Shown here: piece after piece, positions 1-13,476 of the stretch | How positions within the stretch are numbered: position 1 is the stretch's first letter | Layout: each line of letters opens with the position of its first letter | NCBI GenBank assembly: GCA_023213395.1 | Contig: CM041465.1 | Span: forward strand, 120,845,741 to 120,909,740 | Reading direction: 5' to 3' | Source: Cycas panzhihuaensis | Taxonomy: Eukaryota; Plantae; Cycadophyta | DNA length: 64,000 nt | Made by a program: the position numbers and the translations under genes | The notes under the pieces: model-generated | The model's input: the letters and a program-made list of their open reading frames with translations, nothing else | Told to the model about the DNA's origin: nothing | The model's database searches: none

Positions 1-1475
1 AATAGGTACAATTCTTTTTTTTTTTTAAGTTTCTTCTATAGTTTTTATCTTTCTAAAGTGAAAATATACATATATATTTCAGATTTTCAACATTATATAT
101 CTTCATCAAGATAGAAAGCATTTCTTGCATTGAAAAATATCATTCTTTGCTCAAGTTAAGTGCTTATTTGTTTAAAAAATCACAAAGCTTAGAATTTTTT
201 CTATTATATCAAATCTACATGTTTAAAAGATCTTAGTTATTTTTTAAAATTAGCTCATATAATCATTATACTTCAAAGAGTTTTTTTTTAATTATATATT
301 ATAAGTTTATTGATTTATTAAGTTTTTTTATTCCTTCTAAAGGCATATATTTTGTTAAGAAGTATAAAAAGTTTACTTGGTAAAAGCATATTCTTTTTTA
401 TATACTAAAGTTTTCTATGCAAATGGAAATCAATTTAAATAAAATATAATTCCCTATATTTAATGGTCATGATTTTTTAAAAATAACATAAAACAATATA
501 AACCTACTTTATCACAAATAATCTTTGGAGTTACTTACAAGATGAATATGATTTTAATATTAAAGAAGACATTAAAAAAGACAATGAAGCCTTAGCTATA
601 CTATTTTACACTATAGATGATAATGTTTTTTCTAAAGTTTGTGAAATGATAGCTTTCAAATCTATATGAGACACCTTAGATTCTATTTATGGGGGAGAAA
701 CCCTCAATGTAAATGAATTTAACTTTGATATTGTTAAGCATATGAGACAGATGCCAAAGGAGGTTGATTGTGATGGAAAGACTAAAGAAGAAAATTTAAA
801 TCAAATGCATGATCACCTTATTGTATGTGAAGTTGATCCTCTATTTGAGGGGGACAAACCTTATGATATGATAGTTACTCACAACACAAAGATTTTAGAA
901 GACAAAGTCAAAGTTCCAGGAGATAAAGTTAGAGTTGCAGCCATTCACCTTTATTCAAATCAAGCTACATTTACTTGGAGATTTTTGAACCACTCAATGG
1001 TAAAGAGACACACATTGCTAAAAGGATGAGGCGAATTGATAATGATCAAGCTAAAACATAAATATTCAAAGTTTTTTTCAAGTTCAAATTTCACAAGTTT
1101 AAAGAGAAGATAAAGATGTTCATGATGACCATTAAGGGGGAGAATGTTGGGGTTAATATTCATCACCCCACTCCCTTCATTTACACATGTGAGTGCATAC
1201 ATGTGAAGGTAAGTAAGGTAAAGTTAAAGTCACTTTACTTAAGCATTATTTTATTATATTTTAAATTTTAGAGGTTGAGGAGGTATCCCTCCTCCCTCAA
1301 ACTATATATTTACTCGGGTGAGAAACCCTAGTGTCTTTTGACATCACCTTCTTTTAGACATTTATAATACTCTCTTAAAGATGGATTGAATACAAAGGCT
1401 TATGTGTTTATGCTATAATGTTTTAATTACTTGATGTATTGCTCTGCTCTATCTCCATCATTTTATAATCCTTCA
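1..1475 (+). mobile_element. Element C: 3' part of a non-autonomous Ty1/copia-derived LTR element (same family as B); 5' end outside window
   Basis: PPT ATTAAGGGGGAGAA at 1131-1144 is followed by an LTR TGTTGGGGTTAAT...CCTTCA at 1145-1475. The LTR and internal region are colinear with the reverse complement of about 19.8-21.2 kb. It abuts and interrupts the RT of element D. Confidence 0.85.
423..1130 (+). pseudogene. Decayed Copia gag N-terminus joined to a remnant resembling the pol C-terminus (element C)
   Basis: ATG 423 reads MEINLNKI*FPIFNGHDF, then NNLWSYLQDEYD...IKKDNEALAILF. It is homologous to ORF 20629-20946 and includes ORF 742-1029. Stops and frameshifts are present. Confidence 0.7.
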
Positions 1476-4400
1476 AAAAGTAGCTCTCAAACTAGACTTG
1501 ATTCCTATAATAGTCTTGTTACAATTGCCTCTAATGAGTAAATCATCCATGTATAACATAATAACTACTATTGAAGTTCCTCTCTTTCTTACATACAGAT
1601 TTAGGTCTAGATTAGAAACAATGAATCCTTTAGCTTTTAACTTGGCATGGATTTTCTCATACCAAGCACAGGGTGATTGTTTTATACTATAGAGTGATGT
1701 CTTTAACTAGCATACAAGATGCTCCTAGCTTTTCTCAATAAATCCCAAAGACTGCAATAAGTAAATCTCCTCCATTAGATCTTCATTAAGAAATTTAAAC
1801 TTGACATCCGTCAGGTATAACTCCCAACTATAAGTAACTACTAAGGAAATGATCAAACAAATTATTGTTATCTTAGAGATTAGTGAAAATGTCTCCTCAT
1901 AATCAATTCCTTCTTTTTGTTTAATCCCTTGAGTGACAAGCATGGCCTTGTACTTATCCACTTCTCCATCAAAGTAGGACTTAGTCTTGTGGAACTATTT
2001 ACATCTAATAAGGTTCTTCGTTAGAGGGAATGAAACTAAATCCTATGTGTCATTCTTTATGAGTGAATCATACTCCTCTTTCATTATAGTTATCCTTCAT
2101 GGATTACCTTTTGCTTTATTATACAAATTAATATCACTAGAGTTATTAGTATCTACTAGTAAAGTTTGACTAGTATGTTGACTTCTTATTCTTTTCTCAT
2201 TAATAAGGATATACATCATCACTCCAGAATCTTCAATCATCTTCCTTACCTATAACATTATGGAAGGACCTGTTGTTGGAGGGACTTCTTCATGTGGTAG
2301 TTCCTTACTATTACTCACTACACTTGGCCTAGCTTTCTCATAAATTCTAGTGACTAGCTCATCGTCCTCTTAAGGGAAGTAGTAAGAGATAAAAAGGCAC
2401 TTCTGATGATTTTTTAGTATGATACATTGATAACTCATCAAATTTTACATCCCAACTAATCATAATCTTTCTCCCTTATAGATCTTGCAGTCCATAAGCT
2501 TTGTTCTAATCTAAATACCCCATAAAAATACACTTCAGACTTTCAATCCAGCTTCTTATAAGTGTTGTCTAAAATATGTACATATCCAATGCATAAAAAA
2601 AAATTTAAATTACTAATGACAAGTTTATAACCAATCTATTTTTCTTTAGGGGTCATGCTATGAACTGCCTAAGTGGGTACCTAACTCATAATATAAATAA
2701 CATTCATCATAGTCTCTACCTAAAACATCAATGACAAGTTTTTAGAGTGCACTATACACCTTACCATTTCTATTACAGTACAATTCTTCCTTTTACTAAC
2801 TTTATTTTGTTATGGAATATATGGGACTATAAATTCATATTTTATACTACGATCCTAGCAAAACTAATTAAATGTATGATTATCATACTCCTTACTATTA
2901 TCACTTCATAATGTCTTAATTTTTTTCTTTTTACTTTCATTTTCAACCATCACTCTCCAATCATGGAAGCGATCAAACATATATAACTTATTTTTTAAGA
3001 AGTATACCCAAGCCTTCCTAGTATAATCATCTACAAATACTAAGGTGTAATGAGCTCTTGATATTGAGGGGTTTGGGAGTAGACTTATTACATATGTATG
3101 TATAAGCTCTAGCCCCTGCTTGGCTCTCTAGGCATTCTTCTAAGTAAAAGGATAGCAATGATGCTTCACATATATGCACCCTTTACAAACATCATCTAAT
3201 CATGAAATAGATGGTAATCCTTTTGCCATCTTCAACATCTTTAACAATGTGATACTTCTATAATTAAGGTGTCCTAGGTGATCATGCCACAACTTGCTAT
3301 CATCATCTATGCTAAAAATAAAGGCTTAAGACTTCTTTTGAGATTGAAACTTCTCATACACTTAAAAGTTATCTCTAGCCTTCCTAGTAGCAATGACAAA
3401 AAAAATCTACTTTGGAACCTTAATTAGGCATCTATTATGGTACAACTCTACCTTCATCCCTTATTTCTAAATTTTTAGGGCTAAAAGCAAATTTAATTGC
3501 ATCTTGGGTACATAATATACCCCTGCAATCTTACAACCTACTAAGGAAACATTACCCACACCTTCCATTGGCAATATACGAGCATCTTCAAGGATGATTT
3601 TTACATCACTATGATTTTCATTCAATGTGTCAAAGTTATGCTTCCGTGCTCCATAGTTTAAAATCTAGTAATCTCTCCAATTTAACTTAGTTGATAAGAT
3701 GGATGCTTTGATGTAATGTGTAATAACACTCTTCCCCTTGTCATCCTGGCTTATTTTTCATTTGTCACATCCTTTGAACCAATAGTTCTTTTCTTTATGG
3801 CCTTCCTTTTTGTAGTAGTTACATTTATAATTGAATTTCTTCTTCTTTTGAGACTCTTCCCCAAATGTATGTGTGAACTTCTCCTCCTAAACATCCTCTT
3901 TAATCTACATTTTTATGACTAAAGCCTAATTCAATTAAAACCTCTAAGCATTACATGATATTTTAGCTTGGCATCCTCTACTAGAATAAGATTCTTAATG
4001 CCATCAAAGGTGTCTACCTCTATCACTTTATATTTACCATAAATAGTCTAAAAAGTAGTAAACATAATTAACAATTTTGACATGATTATCGTAAACAAGA
4101 GCACATCATCAATCAAATTCAACTTCAATTCTTTTAGGTTATTACTCAAGCCAGTGATCTTATTGAGGTGGGAACTTATATTAGTCTCATCTTCTACCCT
4201 AGAATTGAGAAGCTCCAACATTAAGGTTAGACATCTATTTCTCTTCTTTTTTTCAACAGTTTCATATAATTTGGCCTAGATTTTATCTAGCTCTTCAAGG
4301 TTATGAACCAGTGCCCTCTGATCTATTACTAGTGATAGTTTTAATAATCCCACGGCCATAAATGTCTTCTCCTAAAGTTATACTTGCTCTTTATCGTTAA

Positions 4401-4525
4401 GTAAAATTGCATCCACCTTTGCCTTGGTAATTCCCTAGAATTGATTTACCATCAGTACTAACTCCATATTGGCCTTCCACTCATTGAAATTATTGTTATT
4501 AAAAATAAACTTTCGACATCACATG
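1476..4525 (-). pseudogene. Copia gag-pol of element D (gag about 3.7-4.5 kb, PR about 3.6 kb, INT about 2.4-3.3 kb, RT 1.5-2.1 kb)
   Basis: Gag start reads FNNNNFNEWKANMELVLMV. RT ORF 1725-1961 reads YKAMLVTQGIKQKEGIDYEETFS...DVKFKFLNEDLMEEIY. Many stops. Confidence 0.85.
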
Positions 4526-5991
4526 CTCCATATCAAGAAACATGCTTCCACACACAAGTTAATGTCACCAAATTAATAAACATATAGTCTTCTACACAAA
4601 ATTATACCATTTGTGGTCTCCTTTATCTCAGGTACACTCATTAGGAAATTTAAAACAATGATTATATATGCCCTTAAGTGACTCACTAACTATTTACCCC
4701 TTTTCAACAAGCTCGAAAACATCCTTAAAATGCATAACAAGTCTTAAAAAATTACTTTGCATGCCTTAGAATATACTCCAAAAATTAAAGGAATATTAAC
4801 ATACTGTAAGTGCACTGTCTCCAACTAATATTTTCATGTCAAATGATCGTAATATGCTCTCCAAAAATATTTTATAAGGCTTCAAAATACTTTCACACTT
4901 GAAATATATATCACATCAATGGTATATGAAGGTACTTTATAAAAGGAATATGCCAAAATGCATATTCTTATGAGTTGCAACCTTTTAAATGTCATGCATA
5001 TTTTTTAACTACAATGCACATGCTAATTATCAAATATAAAATTTGATAATCATAGACTAAGGTTAATAAGGCTTAGATATATCAAAATAATATCTTTTGA
5101 TATCTTTTAAGCTTCTTACATTCTCTTCATAAGTCACAATAACTACGTAACCAGCGTAGGTCACCCAAGGTCGAGCAAGCTTCTCTCACCATTACTACTG
5201 GTAAGGACCCTCTATAAATGATCCAACCACTCTACAAACCAATATTGATCCCTGTCTAAGGAAGAAAACATACTCACAGAGAAAAGAGAGGGTTGCACAC
5301 TTCATACATTGTCACCCAAACAATAATATCGAACAAAACAACCTTTAAACAAGTCTCAACTAGTAAAGAGTAATCTAGCTAATATATATAATATAGAAAA
5401 ACATTTCTACAAGATATAATCTCACCCCATATATAATACACAACTTCTATTTAAAGTATTGCAATAATTCAATATCATACGCAATGTAATTTGGCTAAAA
5501 AATGGGAATCTTACAAGTTTGATATGTGGCTATCTGTAATATTGTTTGATCTCCATCATAGCATGCTTCTACTAGCTTCAATAGTATCTTCATTCATCAA
5601 CTAGTTTCAGATGACCTCTAACAAGCCAACTCTCTCTATGTACGTGGCCTACACATCTGAATTTTAGACACGTCTGGGGTTTTAACACCATCACCCAGTA
5701 ACTAACTATCTCACTACTCGACCCAACTTCCAGTTTCAACAGTGTAAGACCCTATAGCTCTGATACCATCTTAAGGAGCATGAATTAATACATATATATT
5801 CCCATCCATAGAATCTTTAACCATACACAACAATCAAATAAATATATACATAAAATACGGATGCATATTACATAAGATTTACATGGGAAACCTTTTTGGG
5901 GAAAACACCCACCACAAAAGATCCTTGGATCACATTGATTACACTTACTTGAATTGATTGATATATAAGGGCTTTAGGATATAAATATCCT

Positions 5992-6416
5992 TCTTAGATT
6001 ATATAATGTAAACTTATGTTTTAATATTATTATTTAAGTCACATGTCTTAAAATTTATTTAAGTGATTATAAAGTTATAAACTTATGTTAAAAGTTAATT
6101 AACTTGTGGATGGTTGTTGAAATGTGGAACCGCATTCCAACGAACCTTCGTCCTATTTATTAGTTTCCTAGATTCATGGAATAAGTTCCAAGAATCTAGG
6201 AGATCTGTCCATATGCCTGAAACTAGGCTATTTTAAGAAGTTGTTATTGTATTAGTTTTTCATTTATTTATTAATACAACTTAGATTAGGAGGTGGTTTT
6301 TCTTTTCCAGAAGAGGTTTTCCACCTATCAACCCTGTGTATATGTATATTGCCATCTTCTGTGTTTTCCTTTTATACCTGTGATATGATGATTGTGTGCA
6401 TATGCCTATTCCATCA
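5992..6416 (+). repeat. 5' LTR of element E
   Basis: TCTTAGATTATA (decayed TG start)...TTCCATCA; direct repeat of 13051-13476. Confidence 0.95.
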
Positions 6417-6430
6417 TGGTATCAGAGCCA
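6417..6430 (+). promoter_or_regulatory. Primer-binding site (tRNA-iMet) of element E
   Basis: TGGTATCAGAGCCA directly after the LTR-terminal CA. Confidence 0.95.
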
Positions 6431-6521
6431 AGGGCTGAATACATCCATTAGAGTAATCAATTTCATTTTCCTAGTTAGTCTGTTCTCTTTAAACTAAGTC
6501 ATTCAGTTAATGCAAGATATT

Positions 6522-7334
6522 TAACTCTCAGAAAGAGCTTTCCTCTTGACACACCCCTCCAAGAGAGAACCTTACGTACTGGTGTCTACCCAAATGCATC
6601 GATAGCCTATAACTTGCAATATGTCTAGTACCCTATTTAATTCTTCTCCCCCCCATATAATACCTACAATTTGATTGTCTCCACACAAATCCTCCTTCAT
6701 ACTCTGTTTTCCTGTTGGCTTTCTTCCTCTAGTGACGGCAGAGGTGTTGTAGGTGCTCGTATCAAAAACTAGATACTAAGGTTTAAAAGCAGGAGCATAT
6801 TTCAAATTCAATAAGACATCCTTTCCGCTATTTGACTTCTTCCGCATAAAGCGCCTCTATTGTTGTGTTGAAAAGCCTGTCAAGATCTTCCTGAGCAAAC
6901 ACCATCTAGGACTATACGGGCTCTACACTATATGCGAGGCATCTAGCTGCCATGGGAATGCTTCTATCGGCATAGATCTGGTCCTTCTCCTTGTATTTCT
7001 CTATCTTCCTCCATGCTTTTACACTCATCCTCGTTATCTTCATCTGCAACGGCATTCCCTGACTGTTGCTCCTCCTGACCTGCAATTGTGTTTCCATTTG
7101 ATTGTTGGCTCCAAAGTTGCTTCTAGAGCCTGAACATCGTCGCGTCGACTATGCATCTTCCAACATCTTTTGCACATCATTCTTCACTTCATTCACTATC
7201 GCCCGGCTCTCCTCGTATAGGATATCATAAGTTTGGCTAGCGGAGTAAACAACTTTACTGTTTTTAGGTTTTGGCAGAGACACGCCACGATTCTTCTTGA
7301 ATTGCTCTCCTCCCTGTCTCTGTGATGCCTTCAT
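6522..7334 (-). pseudogene. Decayed antisense ORF of unknown function in the leader of element E
   Basis: ORFs 7149-7334 and 6912-7097 are in the same frame. That frame reads on to about 6522 with scattered TAG/TAA/TGA stops. Composition is GC-richer and coding-like compared with the flanks. Confidence 0.45.
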
Positions 7335-8773
7335 TCTCCATCCTCGCCTCCGTCCTCACCTTGAAGATCTGCAATGCAAAGAGGAGCAAGCGCCGCCACC
7401 ATGGAAGAACACAAAAATGAACAGGTAGGGTTTCGTTAAACCTTACCCCCCCCCCCCCCCACTCAGACCTCAATTTTCTTAAAATTTTATTTTTCTATAT
7501 TAAATTTTAATCTTCTGTCGGGTCCACACCCTTTAATTAGGGTTAGTTTTTTAATTTTTCATTTTTAACCTTAAACTTTAATACCCTCCCTTTTATCACC
7601 TTAATAATTTAATGTAAAATCCCCTTATTACATTAACATTAATAATCTCCCCTTAATCACGTTAATGAATTAATTTAAAACCATTTGTTACCTTAATAAA
7701 CTTTCAATTTATAAATAAAATTTAAAATCTTTCTTCTTTAATTAACCTTTAGTAAGTAAAATCAAAAGTTCCCCCCATATTATATATTAATACTTTGATT
7801 TAAATTAAAGCACAAACACCCCCCCCCCCCCCCCCCCCCCCACACTATATGTTAATACTTCGATTTAAATTAAACCCCCCCCCACCTTATCATGATTTAA
7901 AATCATTTTGATCCTAATCAAAATAGATTCCATTAACTTTATACTTTGATTTAAATCAAAGTTTCCCTCCCCTTAAACATTTTTTTTTATTATTAAAACA
8001 AACCTTAAACCCCTCTTATAATACTTTTGTTAAAATAAATCTAATACCCTCCCTTTTCTCAATTATTACCTTTTTGATTTAATACAAAGTCTTTCTCTTA
8101 ATTACATTCTCTCCTTTTCCCCCAAACATTTTATTATTATTAATATTTAAAACAAAATCCTTCTTCCTTAATTTTTCTCCTTATAAAGTATTTATAAATT
8201 TTATTCCCTTATTATTATTATCTTTTACTATATTTTAATGATTAAATTTAACTACATTGTAATTACTTAAAACGAATATAGTTAATCTTAGGTAAATCAA
8301 ATTAACCTTACATTTATTAATTTCTTTACTTTTTCTTCTTAACACTTAATCTACAAGATTTGAATTTAATCTTTAAAATTATACATCTTTTTTTATAAAA
8401 AGGGTAACAAAATACCTAGTTATAATTATTTTTTAAAAACACTTACTTCGTTAAGCAAATTTGTTTATTTTTTTCTAAAAAGGATTTGTTATTTTTTGAA
8501 AGGGGATAGCCTATATTTTCCAAAGGGGACTATTTTTTCCAAGGAGAACTATTTTTCTAAAAGAAAACTTTTTTTTTCAAAAATGACTGCTTAAGAAATT
8601 GTTGTTTATTTATTTCTGTTTAAAAACACATGATCTTTTTTATCTTAAAATCAATCAATACAAATTAAGATGTCTTTGTAAATTAGATCTGTTAACAAGA
8701 TTAGTGTTTTTTACTAGGTAATTATTTTTTCAAGCCACCTTCATAATATTTTAATCTACAAATAAATCTTAAT

Positions 8774-11700
8774 ATGGCATTAATACCAGGGACAGTCACC
8801 TGTGTTCCAATTCCAGTATTAATCAGCTCAAACTATGCTGACTAGAGGAATCGCATATCCCATCAGCTCAAACAGCAAAAACTATGGCGATATGTGATAG
8901 ATGAATTCCAAAAACCAAAAGTAGATGCTACTGAGAGTCTCATGGTATATCTGATGAACTCAGATGCCGTATTAGGCACCATATTAAACTCACTTTCACC
9001 AAAAATTAATCGGTAGTTTTCTGAAAAATATGACTTAGCCACTGTCTAGAAAACCTTGGAAGAAAAATATGACAAGGTTGATACTCATCAAGTAGCTATC
9101 CTAGAAGAATAATTGTATAATCTAACTTTTGATAACTTTACAAATGTTGAGGATTTTTTAACAAAAATTTAATCAATTAATAAAGATCTAGATAATTGCA
9201 TTAAATCAAAAACTAAAGAAGGTGATATAGAAAAAATAACTATGCATATCAAAGACAATGACATGCTCGTACGTCTTGCAGTTAATAAATTACCAAAACA
9301 CTTTAATCTTTATCAAGCTGCCAGATAATAAGCTAGCAATCTACCTATCACATTCAATCAGCTAACAAACCAGCTGATTGAATATCAAACAATGTTAATT
9401 AGAACAGGTGCAATAAAAGATCATTCACATGCTTTCTTTTCTAAAACTAAGCCATAATTTAAAAACAAACAACAGAATAATAATTTTCATAATAATAATC
9501 AAAAATTCTAGAAACCTCATCGAGGTTCACCATTTAATTTTTAAAATAATATTAAATATTTTGGTCTAAGTAAAAATCAAAATACTTCCAATTAATTCGT
9601 TTCTACTAGAAACAATGCATCTTCTTCTCAACACACTAGTTGTGCCTACTGTCATAAAAGAGGCCATACTATTGATGTCTGTAGAAGTAGAATTGCTTCG
9701 GAAGCATAGAAAGCTTCCAAGGGATTGCAAAATAAATCGCAATCCCATTTACAATCACGACCACAAAACCATCAATTTCATAATCATTTTTTAGCAGTAA
9801 TGACTTCTGTATTTGTTGCTTCTTCCAACCAACCACCACAATGGACCCTTGACTCTGGTGCATCCCATCATATGACTGGACACCAGAAAAACTTAATTAC
9901 TTATCAATCTGAAATGAACTCTAAATAAGAGATTTCTTTCGGTAGTGGTAATTAACTCAAATTCAAAGGATCTGGTGATGTTACCCTAAAGGATGGTTCA
10001 ATCAAAGATGTTTTTTACGTACCTGGTTTATTACCAAACCTCCTCTTAGTATATCAAATCTGCCAGAAAGACCTTGTTATCGAATTCTGAAAAAATAAAT
10101 TTGTCATTAAAGATCCATTACACAAATTCAAATGTATTCCTTCAAGAACTGTTGATCATAACACAGGTCTCTATAGTATGACTAGTTTTCAAAATAATAA
10201 ATCAAAATCTTTTAGTGCCTTCATCACAACCGACTACCAAGAAACTTTGGCATACAAGATTTGGCCATACTAGCTATGGCAAATTGCAATATTTAATCAA
10301 GCATGAAATGGTCCATGGTTTACCACCATTAAACATTGTTTATCGTGTTTGTGAAGCTTGTGTGACAGGCAAACAACACATGGATCTATTTCCACACAAA
10401 ACTCAATACCGAGCAACTGCTCCACTCGAACTTGTCTACTCTGATATATGTGGACCTTTTCATGTACCATCATACTTAGGATCTCGTTATTTTATTATAT
10501 TCATTGATGATTATTCAAGAAAATGTTGGGTTTATATGCTCAAAACATGCAGTCAAGTGTTTAACATTTTCGTTGAATATAAAACGTTAGTGGAAAATCA
10601 ATCTAATTCAAGAATCAAAATATTCTGATCTGATAATGCTAAGGAATATTTAAGTAAAAATTTTACCTCTTTCTATAAATCACATGGAATTAAATTCCAA
10701 CATTCAATTGCATATACGCCTCAACAAAATGGTGTTGCTGAATGCAAAAACTGTACTCTTGTTGAAATGATTCATTACATGTTACATGCAAAGAATCTCG
10801 ATTTAAAACTATGGGCAGAAACAATTAACTGCTCTGATTATTTATTAAATCGTTTACCCAGTAAAAGTTTACAAAAGGTCACTCCAGAACAAAAATGATC
10901 TGGAAGAAAACCATATGTCCAACACTTACGAATCTTTAGTAGTATCGTATGGGGACATATCCCTCACGAAAAACGTAAAAAGTTAGATAAAAAAGGTTAA
11001 AAATGCATCTTCGTTGGCTACAGCGAAGAGAGCAAAGCCTATAGACTTTTAGATCCAGTCATACATAATATTTTTATTTTGCGTAATGTAGTATTTGATG
11101 AAGAAGGCTCTACTTCAATATTTACTTATGTAGAACTTCCTGTTAAAGATTTGTTAACCAACACTCATTTGGTTGATGATTCTGATAAACAAGTTGATTC
11201 AGAAATCATAGATTCTTTATCAACTCAAGTCCAAAATTGGACTCTATCAGAACCAGTTGAAACAGATCCTTCTCTTCAAGCTAGCATATCAAATCAACCT
11301 ACAACCTCAGATTCAGTTACTCACAAGCAACCAGTTTGGGCAACCAAAACGCTTGTTAATGCTGGATCTAATGTAGGCAATCTTACTGATACTAGGCGCA
11401 CACGTGCGCAAAAACTTCATGCAAATTTTACCTTAATGGCAAAAATAATGGAAAACAATGATGCCAAAACTTTTAAACAAGCCAGCAACAATCCTATATG
11501 GCAAGATGCTATGCAAACTAAATTTGTTGCCTTAATTAAAAATTCCACCTGGGATCTTGTTCCTCTCCCATTTGGGAAAAATGTAATCGACTATAAATGG
11601 GTTTATATGACTAAATATAATTCAATAAGTGCAGTGGAAAAATATAAAGCTCGCCTTGTTGCCAAAGGATTTTCCTAATTAGATGGCATTGACTATAATG

Positions 11701-13002
11701 AAACCTTTGCTCATGTCGTAAAGATGAATACAATCAAGACAATTATTACTCTTACAGCCAAATTTGGTTAGGAAATCTACTAAATGGATGTTAAGAGTGC
11801 TTTCGTGAATGGTGATCTCGAAGAAAAGATCTACATATCACAGCCACCTGGATTCATTGAAAATCCTAATTTAGTTTGTAAACTTAAAAAATATATTTAT
11901 GGTTTAAAACAAGCTCCTTGAGCTTGGTATACCAAAGTCGATGATTACTTAATCCACATTAGATATATTAAATGTATTAGTGATCCAAATCTTTATTTTA
12001 AATGTGAAGATGAAAATCTTACCATTCTAATTTTTTATGTTGATGACATTATTATCACTAGATCATCGACCCATAATATTAATCATCTCAAATCAACTTT
12101 AATGAACAAATTTGAAATGACCGATTTAGGTCTATTACATTACTTTTTAGATTTACAAGTTTATCAAAATCAATCAAATATAACTATCCCAACCTAAGTA
12201 TATTCTCGATTTAATTTAGAGGTTTAACATGGAAAATGCTAAACCTGTATCCAATCCTTTACAATCAGGAGTTAAACTGTCTACTGATTGTTCAACTCCA
12301 TTATGTGATCCAACTCTATACAGACAACTCATTGGTAGTCTGATTTATCTTACACACACCTGCCATAATATTTCTTATGATGTTGCCTTATGCTCCAGAT
12401 ATATGCAACAACCACACGAATCTCACTGGAAAGCAGCTAAACGAATCTTATGCTATCTAAAGAATACTATGTTTTATGGTTTAATTTATAACTTTTGTAA
12501 TAAACCATTAACATTAACTAGATATACTGATTCCGATTGGGTAGGTAATTCAAATGATCGTAAATCTACTTTAGGTTATGTATTTTTTATTGATTCCTCA
12601 CCTATTATTTACTCTAGCAAAAAAATGTAGGCACTAAGGTTATCAACAACTGAAACTGAATATCGAGCATTAGTTGAAGCTGGTAAAGAAGCACTTTGGC
12701 TAAAATCATTACTAAATAAAATTGGTCTAACTCTAAACTATTCAATTGAAATTAAAGTTGATAATCAAGGTGCAATTGTTATTGCTACTAATCTTGTTTC
12801 TCATTCTAAAACTAAATATATTGAATTACATCAACATTTTATTCATAATTTAGTTATTTATAATCTTGTTTGTTTGTCTTATTGTCCAACAGATTTACAG
12901 ATTGCTGATATTCTTATGAAGTCATTAACCGAACCAAAGTTTTTATATCTCAAAGATTTATTGTAGATAAAAGAAGTCTCCATCAAAGGGGGATCATCGT
13001 GA
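8774..13002 (+). pseudogene. Copia gag-pol polyprotein of element E (gag, zinc knuckle, PR, INT, RT, RNase H), inactivated
   Basis: MALIPG start at 8774; zinc knuckle CAYCHKRGHTIDVC at about 9641; PR WTLDSGASHHMT; LWHTRFGH and DICGP/FIDDYSR integrase motifs; RT YKARLVAKGF and YVDDII; RNase H YTDSDW...RKST. Many premature stops. Confidence 0.95.
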
Positions 13003-13050
13003 CGAAGCTCTTCTTTTCTCTCCAGTACAAAAGTTTACATTAAAGGGGGA

Positions 13051-13476
13051 TGTTAGATTATATAATGTAAACTTATATTTTAATGTTATTATTTAAGTCA
13101 CATGTCTTAAAAATTATTTAAGTGATTATAAAGTTATAAACTTATGTTAAAAGTTAATTGACTTATGGATGGTCGTTGAAATGCAGAACCGCATTTTAAC
13201 AAGCCTCTGTCCCATTTATTAGTTTCCTAGATTCGTGGAATAAGTTCCAGGAATCTAGGAGTTCTATCCATATGCCTGAAACTAGGCTATTTTAGGAGAT
13301 TGGTTATTATATTAGTTTTTCATTTATATATTAATACAACTTAGATTAGGAGGTGGTTTCTCTTCCTCGGAAGAGGTTTTCCACCTGTCAACCCTATGTA
13401 CATGTGCATTGTCATCTTCTGTGTTTTCCTTTTATACCTGTGATATGATAATTGTGTGCATGTGCCTATTCCATCA
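13051..13476 (+). repeat. 3' LTR of element E
   Basis: TGTTAGATTATA...TTCCATCA, preceded by PPT CATTAAAGGGGGA and followed by TSD ATCCT. Confidence 0.95.

Larger units (their letters stand above)
5992..13476 (+). mobile_element. Element E: full-length decayed Ty1/copia retrotransposon with 5-bp TSD
   Basis: LTRs at 5992-6416 and 13051-13476 (about 425 bp, roughly 90% identical by hand count). TSD ATCCT at 5987-5991 and 13477-13481. PBS at 6417-6430 and PPT before 13051. Confidence 0.97.

Noticed and set aside
5146-5515. Possible solo LTR (CGTAAC...TTACA) in the leader of D
   Set aside because: Flanks AACTA/AGTTT do not form a TSD and there is no second copy in the window.
6166-6201. Heat-shock elements in the E LTR
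   Set aside because: Spacing is TTCnnnGAA, not the canonical TTCnnGAA.
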